64,000 nucleotides of DNA from Longimicrobiales bacterium. GTDB taxonomy: Bacteria > Gemmatimonadota > Gemmatimonadetes > Longimicrobiales > Gaopeijiaceae. The notes under the pieces are model-generated. The model made no database searches, was not told where the DNA came from, and saw only the letters and a list, made by a program, of their open reading frames with translations. Each line of letters opens with the position of its first letter. Position 1 is the first letter of the stretch. The stretch is from positions 704,001 to 768,000 of the forward strand of contig CAXXKM010000002.1 in assembly GCA_963664435.2 (NCBI GenBank), read 5' to 3'. Of this stretch, positions 48,382 through 58,189 are shown piece after piece. Both the position numbers and the translations under genes were made by a program.

Positions 48382-49425
48382 ATGAGAATCTCGATGGCGC
48401 TCGTCATCGCGGCTGCCGCCGCATGCGCCGACTCCACGCAGACCACCTCGGTGGACCAGCCACTCGAGGGCTGCCCCGCCCCCGGCGCGGGCACCACGAT
48501 CGGAGGGCTTCCAGGAACCGGAGCGGATGCTACCCCGTCTCCCGTGCGCCGGCTGGCGCTCATGGGAGGCGGCCCGGAGGAGGACGGCGCCGCCCGCCGT
48601 TTCGCGGAGGCGGCCGCCGGGGGCGACATCGTCGTGTTGCGCGCGACCGGATCGCTGACCAGCTACCCGGACTACTTCTCGGTGGAACTGGCTCCCGGTC
48701 CGGCTCCGGCCTCCGTGGTCACGATTCGTACCGACACGCCGCCGCTGGCGGACCACCCGAGCGTCCTCTGCCGCCTCGACAGAGCGGAAGCGATATGGTT
48801 TGCGGGCGGAAGCCAGTGGGACTACCTGGGGCGTTGGCCGCATCCCGTCCATGTCGCCATCAGGGAAGCGGCGCGGCGCGGCGCGGCCATGGGTGGCACC
48901 AGCGCGGGCGCGGTTTCGATGGGCGAAGCCGCATTCGATGCCCGGCACGGTACGGTCACCTCGGATGAGGCTCTCGCGGGCCCGGCGGACGCCGCGGTCA
49001 GCGTCGGGCCGTCCAACATGCCGCAGCCCGAGCTTCGCAACATGATCGTGGACTCCCACTTCACGGAGCGTTCCCGCGAGGGACGGCTGCTCGCCTTCCT
49101 CGGGCGTCTGCTTGCCCTGCATCGTGCGGGATCGTTCGTCGGGATCGGCATCGACGAGGGGGCCGCGCTGGAGATCGAGGACGACGGCTACAGAGTGTCT
49201 TCTGTACGTGGAGGCGCGGTGTGGATGTACGAGGCTACGGGTCCGGCCGTCGTGCAACCGGGCAGGCCGCTCTCGCTGGACGGCATACGCCGCGTGCGGC
49301 TGGCGGACGGAGCCTCGGGCCGCTGGCCCTTCCTGTTCGATGAGGCCGAACGTGTGCAGGAACTCGTGGTGGAGAAGGGGGAGGTGCGGGTCAGGGGCGT
49401 GAGCGCTGCGGGCGACAGCAGATAA
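48382..49425 (+). CDS. Cyanophycinase-like S51 peptidase, lipoprotein
   Basis: Lipobox AAAC; LMGGG, FAGGSQ, GGTSAG nucleophile, DSHFTERSREGR, GIGIDE. Confidence 0.87.
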   Translation: MRISMALVIAAAAACADSTQTTSVDQPLEGCPAPGAGTTIGGLPGTGADATPSPVRRLALMGGGPEEDGAARRFAEAAAGGDIVVLRATGSLTSYPDYFSVELAPGPAPASVVTIRTDTPPLADHPSVLCRLDRAEAIWFAGGSQWDYLGRWPHPVHVAIREAARRGAAMGGTSAGAVSMGEAAFDARHGTVTSDEALAGPADAAVSVGPSNMPQPELRNMIVDSHFTERSREGRLLAFLGRLLALHRAGSFVGIGIDEGAALEIEDDGYRVSSVRGGAVWMYEATGPAVVQPGRPLSLDGIRRVRLADGASGRWPFLFDEAERVQELVVEKGEVRVRGVSAAGDSR

Positions 49426-49452
49426 CAACTCCGGAAAGGCGAGCCTCCCCGT

Positions 49453-50820
49453 CTATCTCCCCGCTTCCACTCGTACGCAGGCCCGCCGCAGCCGCTCCAA
49501 CCCTTCTGCGACCTCCTCCCGGCTGATCAGCATGGAGGGGCCGATGCGGATTACGTGGCCGCCCATGCCGCCGAGGCCGATGAGCACGCCTTCCTCGCGG
49601 GCGGCTTCCAGGAGCGCCTTCCCGAGGCGGGGGGCGGGCTCCCTGGTGACCGGGTCCTCCACCAGCTCCAGGGCGATCATAAGGCCCATGCCGCGCACGT
49701 CGCCGATCCACGGATAGTCGCGCTGGAGCGATTCAAGCCCCGAGCGCATCTGGCGGCCGCGCTCGGCGGACCGGGCGGGAGTGTTCTCCTCGACCATGAC
49801 GTCCATGGTCGCGCGCGCGGCCGCCATGGACACCGGGCTGCCCCCGTAGGTGGAGAAGGTGAGCCCCGTCCAGGCGGCCGCGATCTCCCCGCGGGCCAGG
49901 GTGCCGCCGACCGGGAAGCCGTTCGCCACCCCCTTGGCCACGACCATGATGTCGGGCTCGACCTCCCAGTGCTCGATGCCGAACCAGCGGTCGCCCGTAC
50001 GGCCGAGCCCGGCCTGCACCTCGTCGCAGATGAACACGCCTCCGTAGGCGCGGATCACTTCGGCGGCGCGCGTGTGGTACCCGGGCGGCGGGACGATGTA
50101 GCCGCCCACCCCCTGGATGGTCTCGGCGAGCAGGGCCGCCGGGCGGCCGGTGGTCGTGGTCTCGATCACCTCGACCAGCTCGTCGATGTAGCGGTCGACG
50201 TTGTGGCCGTCGGCGTGCCGGTACGGGTAGGGCGCGATGGCGTGCCGGATCGGGGCCGTCGCGGGGAGCGGCTTCCACTGGGCCTGCCCGGTGAGGCTGG
50301 TCGCCAGCGTGCTGCGCCCGGAATAGCCCAGCCGCAGGCCGATGATCTCGCTGCGCCGGGTATGCATCTGCGCCAGCATGACCGCGGTCTCGATGGCCTC
50401 GGTGCCGCTGTTGGTGAACATGACCTGGTCGAGGCCGGCGGGCGCGAGGCCGGTGAGCCGCTCCGCCGCGGACACATACGGTTCCGTCACGTAGAGATTC
50501 GAGGTGTGGCCCAGCCGGACGACCTGGTCCTGCACCGCGGCGACCACCCTCGGATGGCAGTGCCCGATGGACGTGGTCAGAATGCCCGCGAACAGGTCGA
50601 GATACGCTCGCCCGTCGGCGCCTCTGGCCCGGACGCCCTCCGCTTCTACGAGCACCAGAGGCTCGTCGTACAACGGCTTCACGCAGGGGAAGATGGAGGC
50701 GCGCTGGCGGGCGATCAGGTCCGTCGCATCGACCCCTCGCGAGCCGTCCGCAGGCGATTGTGCCACGCCCGAGTGCGCCTCTGCCGCGGGCGCTTGAGCC
50801 ACGGTCCTGGTAGCTGTCAT
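49453..50820 (-). CDS. Class III aminotransferase (AGXT2/beta-alanine aminotransferase-like)
   Basis: YLDLFAGILT, NSGTEA, ETIQGVGG, DEVQAGLGRTG, AKGVANG, DVRGMGLM. Confidence 0.92.
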   Translation of the reverse strand: MTATRTVAQAPAAEAHSGVAQSPADGSRGVDATDLIARQRASIFPCVKPLYDEPLVLVEAEGVRARGADGRAYLDLFAGILTTSIGHCHPRVVAAVQDQVVRLGHTSNLYVTEPYVSAAERLTGLAPAGLDQVMFTNSGTEAIETAVMLAQMHTRRSEIIGLRLGYSGRSTLATSLTGQAQWKPLPATAPIRHAIAPYPYRHADGHNVDRYIDELVEVIETTTTGRPAALLAETIQGVGGYIVPPPGYHTRAAEVIRAYGGVFICDEVQAGLGRTGDRWFGIEHWEVEPDIMVVAKGVANGFPVGGTLARGEIAAAWTGLTFSTYGGSPVSMAAARATMDVMVEENTPARSAERGRQMRSGLESLQRDYPWIGDVRGMGLMIALELVEDPVTREPAPRLGKALLEAAREEGVLIGLGGMGGHVIRIGPSMLISREEVAEGLERLRRACVRVEAGR

Positions 50821-50839
50821 CGGATTGCGCTCACCCGCA

Positions 50840-52318
50840 CTACCACCGCGTGATCACCACGCGCTTGTCGGTGAAGAACTCGACGGAATCGCGCCCCTGG
50901 GCCTTGAGGTCGCCGAAGAAGGAGCCGCGCGACCCGCCGAAGGGGAAGAAGGCCATCGGCGCCGCCACGCCGATGTTGATGCCGATCATGCTGATGCCGG
51001 CGTGGTAGCGGAACTCGCGCGCCGCGCGCCCGCTCGTCGTAAAGATCGAGGTGGCGTTGCCGTACTCGCTCCGGTGCATGAGCTCGATGGCGTCCTCCAC
51101 GGTATCGACCCTGGACATCCCCATCACCGGCCCGAAGATCTCGTCCTTGCCAATCGCCATGTCGGGGTGCACGTCCTCGAAGATGGTCGGGCCGACCCAG
51201 TTGCCGTCCGGGTAGCCGGGCACCCGGGCTTCGCGCCCGTCCATCACCAGCGATGCGCCCTCCTGGACCCCGCTGTCGATGTAGCCCACCACACGGTCGC
51301 GGTGGCGGGCCGAGATCACCGGGCCCATGTCCACCCCGTCCTCGAGCCCGTTGCCCACGCGCAGCGAGGCGGAGCGGTCGAGAATGCGCTCGCGGATGTT
51401 CGCGTAGGCGTCGGCCACCCCCACCACGACGCTGCCCGCGAGACAGCGCTGACCGGCCGAGCCGAAGATCGACGACACCACCGCGTCGGCCACCAGGTCG
51501 TAGTCCGCGTCCGGGAGCACGATCATGTGGTTCTTGGCGCCCCCGAGCGCCTGCACCCGCTTCCCGGCCGCGCCCGCCTTCCTGTAGAGGATGCGCGCGA
51601 CCTGGCTCGATCCCACGAAGGACACCCCCGCGATGCCGGGATGCTCGAGCAGGGCGGTCACTGCCTCGCGGTCGCCGTGCACCACATTGAGCACGCCGGG
51701 GGGCAGGCCCGCCTGCTCGGCCAGCTCCACCACGTGCTGGTGTGTCAGCGGATCCTGCTCGCTGGGCTTGAGCACCACTGTGTTGCCCGCCGCCACCGCG
51801 TAGGGCCAGAACCACATCGGGATCATCACGGGGAAGTTGTACGGGGAGACGACGGCGAAGACGCCGAGCGGCTGCCGGATGGCTTCGCAGTCGATGCCCG
51901 GGGCCACGTCCTCGAGCACATCGCCCATCATCAGCGTTGGGATGCCGCAGGCGTGTTCGACGTTCTCGATGCCGCGCTGCACCTCGCCCCTGCACTCGTC
52001 CAGGTTCTTTCCGTGCTCGATGACCAGGGAACGGGCCAGCGCGTCCCTGTGCTCGTCGAGCAGGTGCTTCAGGCGGAAGAGCACCCGGGCCCGATCCACT
52101 GCGGGCGTGCCGCGCCAACCCGGGAAGGCCGCGGTAGCCGCGGCGACGGCCGTGTCCACATCCTCCCCCGTGGAGAGGGGCACGCGCCCCAGCGGCTCGC
52201 CGGTGGTGGGATTGGTAACCGGCAGAGAACCCGTGCCTGACGGCGCCGTCCAGCGGCCCGCGACATAGTTGCGGATGGGCTGGGCGGAAACGTCGATGGT
52301 GATGGTGTCGGCGGACAT
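50840..52318 (-). CDS. mmsA: CoA-acylating (methyl)malonate-semialdehyde dehydrogenase
   Basis: PYNFPVMIP, SFVGSS, RVQALGGAKNH, AGQRCLA, EIFGPV, PFGGSRGSFFGD. Confidence 0.93.
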   Translation of the reverse strand: MSADTITIDVSAQPIRNYVAGRWTAPSGTGSLPVTNPTTGEPLGRVPLSTGEDVDTAVAAATAAFPGWRGTPAVDRARVLFRLKHLLDEHRDALARSLVIEHGKNLDECRGEVQRGIENVEHACGIPTLMMGDVLEDVAPGIDCEAIRQPLGVFAVVSPYNFPVMIPMWFWPYAVAAGNTVVLKPSEQDPLTHQHVVELAEQAGLPPGVLNVVHGDREAVTALLEHPGIAGVSFVGSSQVARILYRKAGAAGKRVQALGGAKNHMIVLPDADYDLVADAVVSSIFGSAGQRCLAGSVVVGVADAYANIRERILDRSASLRVGNGLEDGVDMGPVISARHRDRVVGYIDSGVQEGASLVMDGREARVPGYPDGNWVGPTIFEDVHPDMAIGKDEIFGPVMGMSRVDTVEDAIELMHRSEYGNATSIFTTSGRAAREFRYHAGISMIGINIGVAAPMAFFPFGGSRGSFFGDLKAQGRDSVEFFTDKRVVITRW

Positions 52319-52524
52319 GGCGTCAACTCCCGCAGGCGGCGGCAGGAAGGGGCAGGGCGGCAACCTCGGACCGAAGAATCGCTCTCAACCCAGGGTCGAG
52401 GGATGGCTCTGAAGTGTCCGAACAGGCCCCTGCGGTGTCAAGGCATTTCGGGGCCCGCAACGAGTGGGCTGGTGTCTTCCGGAGATCGGATGAGGCTCGC
52501 CGTCCGGTCCTCCCGGCCGGCCAC

Positions 52525-52812
52525 TCAGTCCCGCTCCTCGCGGAAGAAGTCGATCCTGCAGCGCACCGGGCCATCGATCGCGACCCGGTGACGCATCCGG
52601 GGGTGGATCGTGACACCGTCCGGCGCGGCGATCCTCCGCGTCTCGCCGGTTTCGAGATTCACGAAGCGCAGGCTTCCCTCCAGGACGCTGAGCATCCCCC
52701 AGTGTCCCGGGGCGAGAGCGTGCTCCCGTTGCAATGCGTCCGGGAGCGTGTCCTGCGTGAAGATGGGGGAGCTGTGGCTGGAGATGAGCCCGTCGGGCAG
52801 AGGATCGGTCAT
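52525..52812 (-). CDS. DUF1971 (TehB N-terminal/YeaR-like cupin) protein
   Basis: SPIFTQDTLPDALQREH, GHWGMLSVLEGSLRF, HRV, IDFFRE. Confidence 0.82.
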   Translation of the reverse strand: MTDPLPDGLISSHSSPIFTQDTLPDALQREHALAPGHWGMLSVLEGSLRFVNLETGETRRIAAPDGVTIHPRMRHRVAIDGPVRCRIDFFREERD

Positions 52813-52913
52813 TGTGCGCGATTGCTCGGTGCGGGTTCGCCGGATCATCTCGTGTGCCCCAGGGGAGCAGGTGTTGCCGTGTCTCGCCACTGTCCCCGGG
52901 CACGAGGCATGTC

Positions 52914-52950
52914 CGTTGTCCCGATGTCGTTGTCCCGATGTCGTTGCCCC
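52914..52950. repeat. 14-bp tandem repeat in a divergent intergenic region
   Basis: cgttgtcccgatgt twice plus a partial third copy. Confidence 0.55.
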
Positions 52951-53010
52951 GGTGGACATCGCCGGGTCATCTTTCTCAAGCAAACCAATTCCCCGCATCG
53001 GAGGAAGGCC

Positions 53011-55440
53011 ATGCGGTCGCCAGCAGCGCATCCGACACGACTCGGGATGTCGTCTTTCTTTCTGATTCTGGCCCCCGTCCTTGCGACTCTGGTCCCGATC
53101 CCCGGCGTCGCGCAGGAGGCGCCGCGCGCGCTCACCGCGGAGGACTATGCCCGGGCGGAGCGATACCTCGGGCAGCACATGAACCCGCTGGTGTTCAACG
53201 GCGCGGTCGACCCCAACTGGATGGCCGACGGGCGCTTCTGGTACCGGAACCGGACCCCGCGGGGCAGCGAGTACCTGATGGTCGATCCGGGCGCCGGCAC
53301 GCGCGAGCCAGCCTTCGACCACGAGCGGATGGCGAACGCGCTGTCGGCGGTGGCCGGTGCGGGCGCGACGGCGGAGGGCCTGCCGGGCGGGCAGTTCATC
53401 CCGGAGGCGGCGGTGGTTCTCTTCGCCCCCGAGGGTGAGGGGTTCCAGGAAGAGGGGCGCGCCTTCCGCTGCCGGTCCATCGACTACCGCTGCGAGGAGC
53501 TGGAGGGCTCCCCGGAGCAGCGCAGGGCCAACTACATGGCGATCTCCATGGGTTTCGAGGCGGCCTTCCGCCGCTCCGCCGGCGTCGTCTCGCCGGATCA
53601 GGCCCGGGAAGCCTTCATCCGCGACCACAACCTCTGGGTGCGCGAGACGCAGACCGGGGCGGAGACGCAGTTGACCTTCGACGGCGAGGAGGACTTCGGC
53701 TACGCGACCAACAACGCGGGCTGGGTCCGCAGCGCCCGGCCCGTGCTGCGCTGGTCTCCGGACAGCCGCAGGATCGCCACGTTCCAGCACGACGCGCGCG
53801 GCGTGGGGATGATGTACATGGTGAACACCCAGGTGGGCCATCCGGAGCTGGACGCCTGGCGCTATCCCCTGCCCGAGGACTCCGTGATCTTCCGCATCCA
53901 CCGCGTGGTGCTGGATCCGGACGCGCCCGCCGGCTCGCGCATGGTGCGCTTCGACATGCCTCCGGACCAGCACCGCTCGACGGTGTGCGACCACGTCGCC
54001 TGCGGAGGCACCTTCGCCGACGTGGAGTGGAGCGACGACGCCACCCAGGTGGCCTTCGTGTCGAGTTCGCGTGACCACAAGGTGGCCACGCTGCGGGTGG
54101 CCGACGCCCGCACGGGCGCGGTGCGCGACGTCCTGGAAGAGCGGGTCGAGACCTTCTTCGAGTCCGGAGACGGGTCGCACAACTGGCGCGTCCTCGAGGA
54201 GAGCGGCGAGGTCATCTGGTTCTCGCGGCGCGACAACTGGAGTCATCTCTACCTGTACGACCTGGAGTCGGGCGGCCTGAAGCGGCAGATCACCTCCGGG
54301 GAGTGGAACGTCCTGGAGGTGCTCGAGGTCGACACCGACGCGCGCACCGTGCTCTTCATCGGCAACGAGCGCGAGGACGGGGATCCCTACTTCCGCTACC
54401 TGTACCAGGTCGGGCTGGACGGCGGCGATGTGCGGCTGCTCACCCCGGACAGCGCGGACCACTCCATCTCGCGCTCCCCCGGCGGCGAGTACTTCGTCGA
54501 CAGCTGGTCTACCCCCGTGACCCCGCCCGTAAGCGTCGTGCGCGACATGAGCGGGCAGGTGTTGCTGGAGCTTGAGCGCGCGGACATCTCCGCCCTGGAG
54601 GCGGCCGGCTGGCAGGCTCCCATCCCCTTCGAAGTAAAGGCGCGCGACGGCGTGACCGACCTCTACGGGCTCATGTTCCGCCCATCGAACTTCGACCCGT
54701 CGATGCAGTACCCGATCGTCAACTACCTGTATCCGGGTCCTCAGAGCGGCAGCGTCGGAAGCCGCAGCTTCCGCACCGCGCACCGGGATCTCCAGGCGAT
54801 CGCGGAGCTGGGATTCGTGGTCGTCGAACTCGACGCCATGGGCACCCCCATGCGCTCGCGGGCCTTCCACGAAGCGTACTACGGCAACATGGGCGACAAC
54901 GGCCTCCCCGATCAGATCACGGGAATCCAGCAGCTCGCCGAGCGGCACGAATGGATGGACACCGACCGGGTCGGCATCTTCGGGCACTCGGGCGGCGGCT
55001 TCGCGTCGACGGCCGGCATCCTGCGCTACCCCGGGTTCTACAAGGTGGCGGTGTCACAGGCGGGCAACCACGACAACCGCAACTACGAAGACGACTGGGG
55101 CGAGAAGTGGCAGGGGCTGCTGGAGGAGTACGACGACGGCACCACCAACTACGACAACCAGGCCAACCAGCTGGTGGCTGAGAACCTCGAGGGCAAGCTG
55201 CTCATCGCGCACGGCACCATGGACACCAACGTGCCGCACTCGAACACCATGCTGGTGGTGGACGCGCTCATCGCCGCGAACAAGGACTTCGACCTGGTGC
55301 TTTTCCCGAATCGGGGGCACGGCTTCGGCAACGAGCCCTACATGATGCGCAAGCGCTGGGACTACTTCGTCCGCCATCTCATGGGCGCGGAGCCGCCGGC
55401 GAACTACGAGTTCGGGCAGCTGCGGCGTCCGGTCGGATGA
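53011..55440 (+). CDS. Dipeptidyl-peptidase IV family (S9B) protein, exported
   Basis: ggagg RBS; DPPIV_N propeller; YPGPQ, GHSGGG nucleophile, HGTMDTNV, RGHG. Confidence 0.93.
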   Translation: MRSPAAHPTRLGMSSFFLILAPVLATLVPIPGVAQEAPRALTAEDYARAERYLGQHMNPLVFNGAVDPNWMADGRFWYRNRTPRGSEYLMVDPGAGTREPAFDHERMANALSAVAGAGATAEGLPGGQFIPEAAVVLFAPEGEGFQEEGRAFRCRSIDYRCEELEGSPEQRRANYMAISMGFEAAFRRSAGVVSPDQAREAFIRDHNLWVRETQTGAETQLTFDGEEDFGYATNNAGWVRSARPVLRWSPDSRRIATFQHDARGVGMMYMVNTQVGHPELDAWRYPLPEDSVIFRIHRVVLDPDAPAGSRMVRFDMPPDQHRSTVCDHVACGGTFADVEWSDDATQVAFVSSSRDHKVATLRVADARTGAVRDVLEERVETFFESGDGSHNWRVLEESGEVIWFSRRDNWSHLYLYDLESGGLKRQITSGEWNVLEVLEVDTDARTVLFIGNEREDGDPYFRYLYQVGLDGGDVRLLTPDSADHSISRSPGGEYFVDSWSTPVTPPVSVVRDMSGQVLLELERADISALEAAGWQAPIPFEVKARDGVTDLYGLMFRPSNFDPSMQYPIVNYLYPGPQSGSVGSRSFRTAHRDLQAIAELGFVVVELDAMGTPMRSRAFHEAYYGNMGDNGLPDQITGIQQLAERHEWMDTDRVGIFGHSGGGFASTAGILRYPGFYKVAVSQAGNHDNRNYEDDWGEKWQGLLEEYDDGTTNYDNQANQLVAENLEGKLLIAHGTMDTNVPHSNTMLVVDALIAANKDFDLVLFPNRGHGFGNEPYMMRKRWDYFVRHLMGAEPPANYEFGQLRRPVG

Positions 55441-55607
55441 GCGAGGCCCTCAGAAGGCCAGCATCTGCGTGTCGGGCAGCTCCAGCTGCGCCGAGGTGCG
55501 CGTGACCCCGGCTGAGAAATTGAACCTGTAGGACGGTTTCAGCGTGAGGTTGAACCGGCCGCTCCGCCGGGCTCCGGCGGCTGCAGCGACCGCGGTCCGG
55601 GGCGGGT

Positions 55608-56150
55608 CTACCTGCCAGCCGCCGTCGCGGCCGCCAGCACGTCGCCCACCGCCTGCACGATGTCCTGCTGCGGGCCGATGCCGGTGTAGGCGACCTCACC
55701 CTCCGCGTCCAGGATGACCACGTAGGCGGTCGCGGGCGCCAGGAAGGCGCGCGTGGCGTTGCCGCGGGTGTCCCACAGCATCGGGAAGGGGATGGCGTGC
55801 CGCTCCAGGTGCCGGCGCACGGCGCGCCGGGTCTGGGCCACCGCGACCGCGACCGCGAGGAATCCTACCTCGTCGCCGTAGCGTTCGAAGGCGGCGTCCA
55901 TGCTCGGCTGCAGCGCCTCGCACTGCTCGCACCAGCTGGCCCAGAACTCGAGCAGAAGGGGCCGCTCGCCGACGTAGTCCGCCAGGTCGACCGGTTCCCC
56001 GTCGAGGTTCTCGATGGTGGGGGGATCCGGCGTCTCGCCCACGGCGATGCCGATCTCGCCCCGTTCCTGTGCGGCTGCGCCACTGAAGAGCATCACGGCG
56101 GCGCCGAACGCCGCCACTGTCGCCAGGAGATTCCGTCTGACCGTTTTCAC
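55608..56150 (-). CDS. TlpA-like thioredoxin/redoxin, exported
   Basis: GTG start overlapping the ccdA stop; signal peptide; LLEFWASWCEQC. Confidence 0.87.
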   Translation of the reverse strand: MKTVRRNLLATVAAFGAAVMLFSGAAAQERGEIGIAVGETPDPPTIENLDGEPVDLADYVGERPLLLEFWASWCEQCEALQPSMDAAFERYGDEVGFLAVAVAVAQTRRAVRRHLERHAIPFPMLWDTRGNATRAFLAPATAYVVILDAEGEVAYTGIGPQQDIVQAVGDVLAAATAAGR

Positions 56151-56875
56151 ATCACCAGTCCCGTTTGAATCAGGTAGTATTCCGCCACGCCCAGCATAAT
56201 GATACCCGCCGCCTTCTTGATCCATACCATCCAGGCCCCCGACTTCGGCAGCCAGGCAGCGGTGCCCGAGAAGAGCCCGACCGCGACCAGCAGCGAGGTC
56301 ATCCCCAGCGAGAACACGAAGAGATAGAGGAACCCCATGGCGCCCGCCTGGGTCGCCGCAACCCAGGTGAGGACCACGGCGAAGGCGGGGGCGCCGCAGG
56401 GCGCGGCCACGATGCCGGAGGTGGCGCCCAGCAGGAAGACGGCCGGGTAGGATCCGCCGCCCAGCCCGCCGGCCCAATGCAGCAGACGCTTGGGCGCGCT
56501 CACCGGAATCACGTCCAGCATGGCCAGCGCGAAGATGATGAGCAGGTTGGCGGTGGCGAACCGCACCCACGGGTTCGCGCTGATCGTGCCGAACAGCGTG
56601 CCGCTCAGCCCCGCGAGCAGGCCGAGCAGGGCGTAGAACATCGCCAGCCCCGTCACGTACGTGAGCGTCAGCCCGACGATGCGCGCGCGCGGCGCCTTGT
56701 CCCTGGAGGCACCGGCGATGACCGACGCGGTGATGGGGATCATCGGGTAGACGCACGGCGTCAGGCTGGTGAGGACGCCGGCCCAGAAGAGCAGCCCCAT
56801 CGCCAGGAGAGGGCTCGCGCTCAGGCTCTCGGAGATCCCTCCGATCTGTGCGGCGGCGGTCCACATGGAAGACAC
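56147..56875 (-). CDS. ccdA: CcdA/DsbD-beta thiol-disulfide transmembrane electron transporter
   Basis: SLTPCVYPMIP and AAPCGAP Cys-Pro motifs; about six TM helices. Confidence 0.88.
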   Translation of the reverse strand: MSSMWTAAAQIGGISESLSASPLLAMGLLFWAGVLTSLTPCVYPMIPITASVIAGASRDKAPRARIVGLTLTYVTGLAMFYALLGLLAGLSGTLFGTISANPWVRFATANLLIIFALAMLDVIPVSAPKRLLHWAGGLGGGSYPAVFLLGATSGIVAAPCGAPAFAVVLTWVAATQAGAMGFLYLFVFSLGMTSLLVAVGLFSGTAAWLPKSGAWMVWIKKAAGIIMLGVAEYYLIQTGLVM

Positions 56876-56899
56876 CTCCCGGCGGTCCCGTGCGCTGGT

Positions 56900-58189
56900 C
56901 TAGGAGCCCGGCCGGGACAGCACGCCGGCGGGGTCGAAGCTGTCCACGATGCCGCGCGTGAGCGCGAGGACGCCCGGGGCGGTCGCGGGTTCGGGCGCCG
57001 GCCACCGCGGGATGTTCGCGCGGGAGACGCGGAAGGTGGCGCCGGCCTTCACGACGCGTTCGCGCAGGCGGGCGAGCCGGTCGGAGACGGCGGTGCGGTC
57101 GTCGCCCCCGGCCGTACCCGCCGCTACCCGCACCACCCCCAGCGACACGTGCGCCGCCACCGTACCGCACTCCACGCCCGGCTCCGCCAGGTCGCCCAGG
57201 CGCGAGGGCAGGTGGCTGACGCGCGCCACCGCGGCCGCGTTGTCCTCGAAGCGCTCCAGCGCCGCGAACCAGCGCGAGGACGCCTCGCCCTTCAGGCGGT
57301 GGCTGGCCTCCCGGCCGACGCGCACGTTGAGGATGTGCTCGGATTCCTCCACCGCCTCCGGGGAGCCGAGCAGGCGCACGGCGACGGTCGGTTCCTCGCC
57401 GTGGCCCGCTAGCAGTTCCAGCGCCGGGATGCGCACCGGCGCGGTCGCCAGCGAGCGCGCCAGCACCACGGCCAGCGCCAGCCGGGGGGTCTGGTACAGA
57501 AGAGTCACGTCCTGCACCGGCAGCGGGTGCAGGCGCACCGTGGCGGAGGTCACGATCCCGAGCTGACCGCCGCTCCCCACGGCGACCTTCACCAGGTCGT
57601 AGCCGGCGACGTTCTTGACCACCCGGCCGCCCAGCTCGAGCACGCGCCCGTCTCCGGTGACCAGCGTCAGCCCGAGCACGTGGTCGCGGGGTGTGCCGAA
57701 CTTCCCCTGCAGCGGCCCGTAGGCCCCGCTCGCCAGCACGCCCCCGAGGCTGCGCCGTGCCCGCCGCGGGGGGTCGAGGGGGAGCCACTGGCCCTGGTCG
57801 CCGGTCAGCCGTTCCAGCTGCGCGAGGGAGACGCCGGCGTCCGCCGTGAGGGTCAGGTCGGCGGGGTCGTAGGCGTGCACCGTGTCAAGCGCGCGCGTGC
57901 TCAACACCAGGTCCACCGGTCCGTCGAGGTAACCGGGGGGGAGCGAGGTGGCGTTGCCGATGCAGCGCACCTGCCGGCCGTCGCGGGACGCCCGCGTCAT
58001 CAGGGTGCTCAGCTCCTCGACCGTCCGGGGCGCCACCACGGGCGCCCCTCCGGCTGCCTGCCGGCGGTCCACCACGGTTCCGCCGTTCATTCCGGCCGAA
58101 ACGCCGGGGTTCGCCTCCCCGTCCACGCGCTCGGTGCCCGCCTCGTCATCGCGCACCGTCGTCGAGCCGTTCAGCTTCTCCGGGCTCAT
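56900..58189 (-). CDS. glcE: FAD-binding oxidoreductase, GlcE-like
   Basis: YDPADLTLTADAG, LPLDPP, GGRVVKNVAGYDLVK, FDPAGV; ATGA overlap with glcD. Confidence 0.8.
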   Translation of the reverse strand: MSPEKLNGSTTVRDDEAGTERVDGEANPGVSAGMNGGTVVDRRQAAGGAPVVAPRTVEELSTLMTRASRDGRQVRCIGNATSLPPGYLDGPVDLVLSTRALDTVHAYDPADLTLTADAGVSLAQLERLTGDQGQWLPLDPPRRARRSLGGVLASGAYGPLQGKFGTPRDHVLGLTLVTGDGRVLELGGRVVKNVAGYDLVKVAVGSGGQLGIVTSATVRLHPLPVQDVTLLYQTPRLALAVVLARSLATAPVRIPALELLAGHGEEPTVAVRLLGSPEAVEESEHILNVRVGREASHRLKGEASSRWFAALERFEDNAAAVARVSHLPSRLGDLAEPGVECGTVAAHVSLGVVRVAAGTAGGDDRTAVSDRLARLRERVVKAGATFRVSRANIPRWPAPEPATAPGVLALTRGIVDSFDPAGVLSRPGS

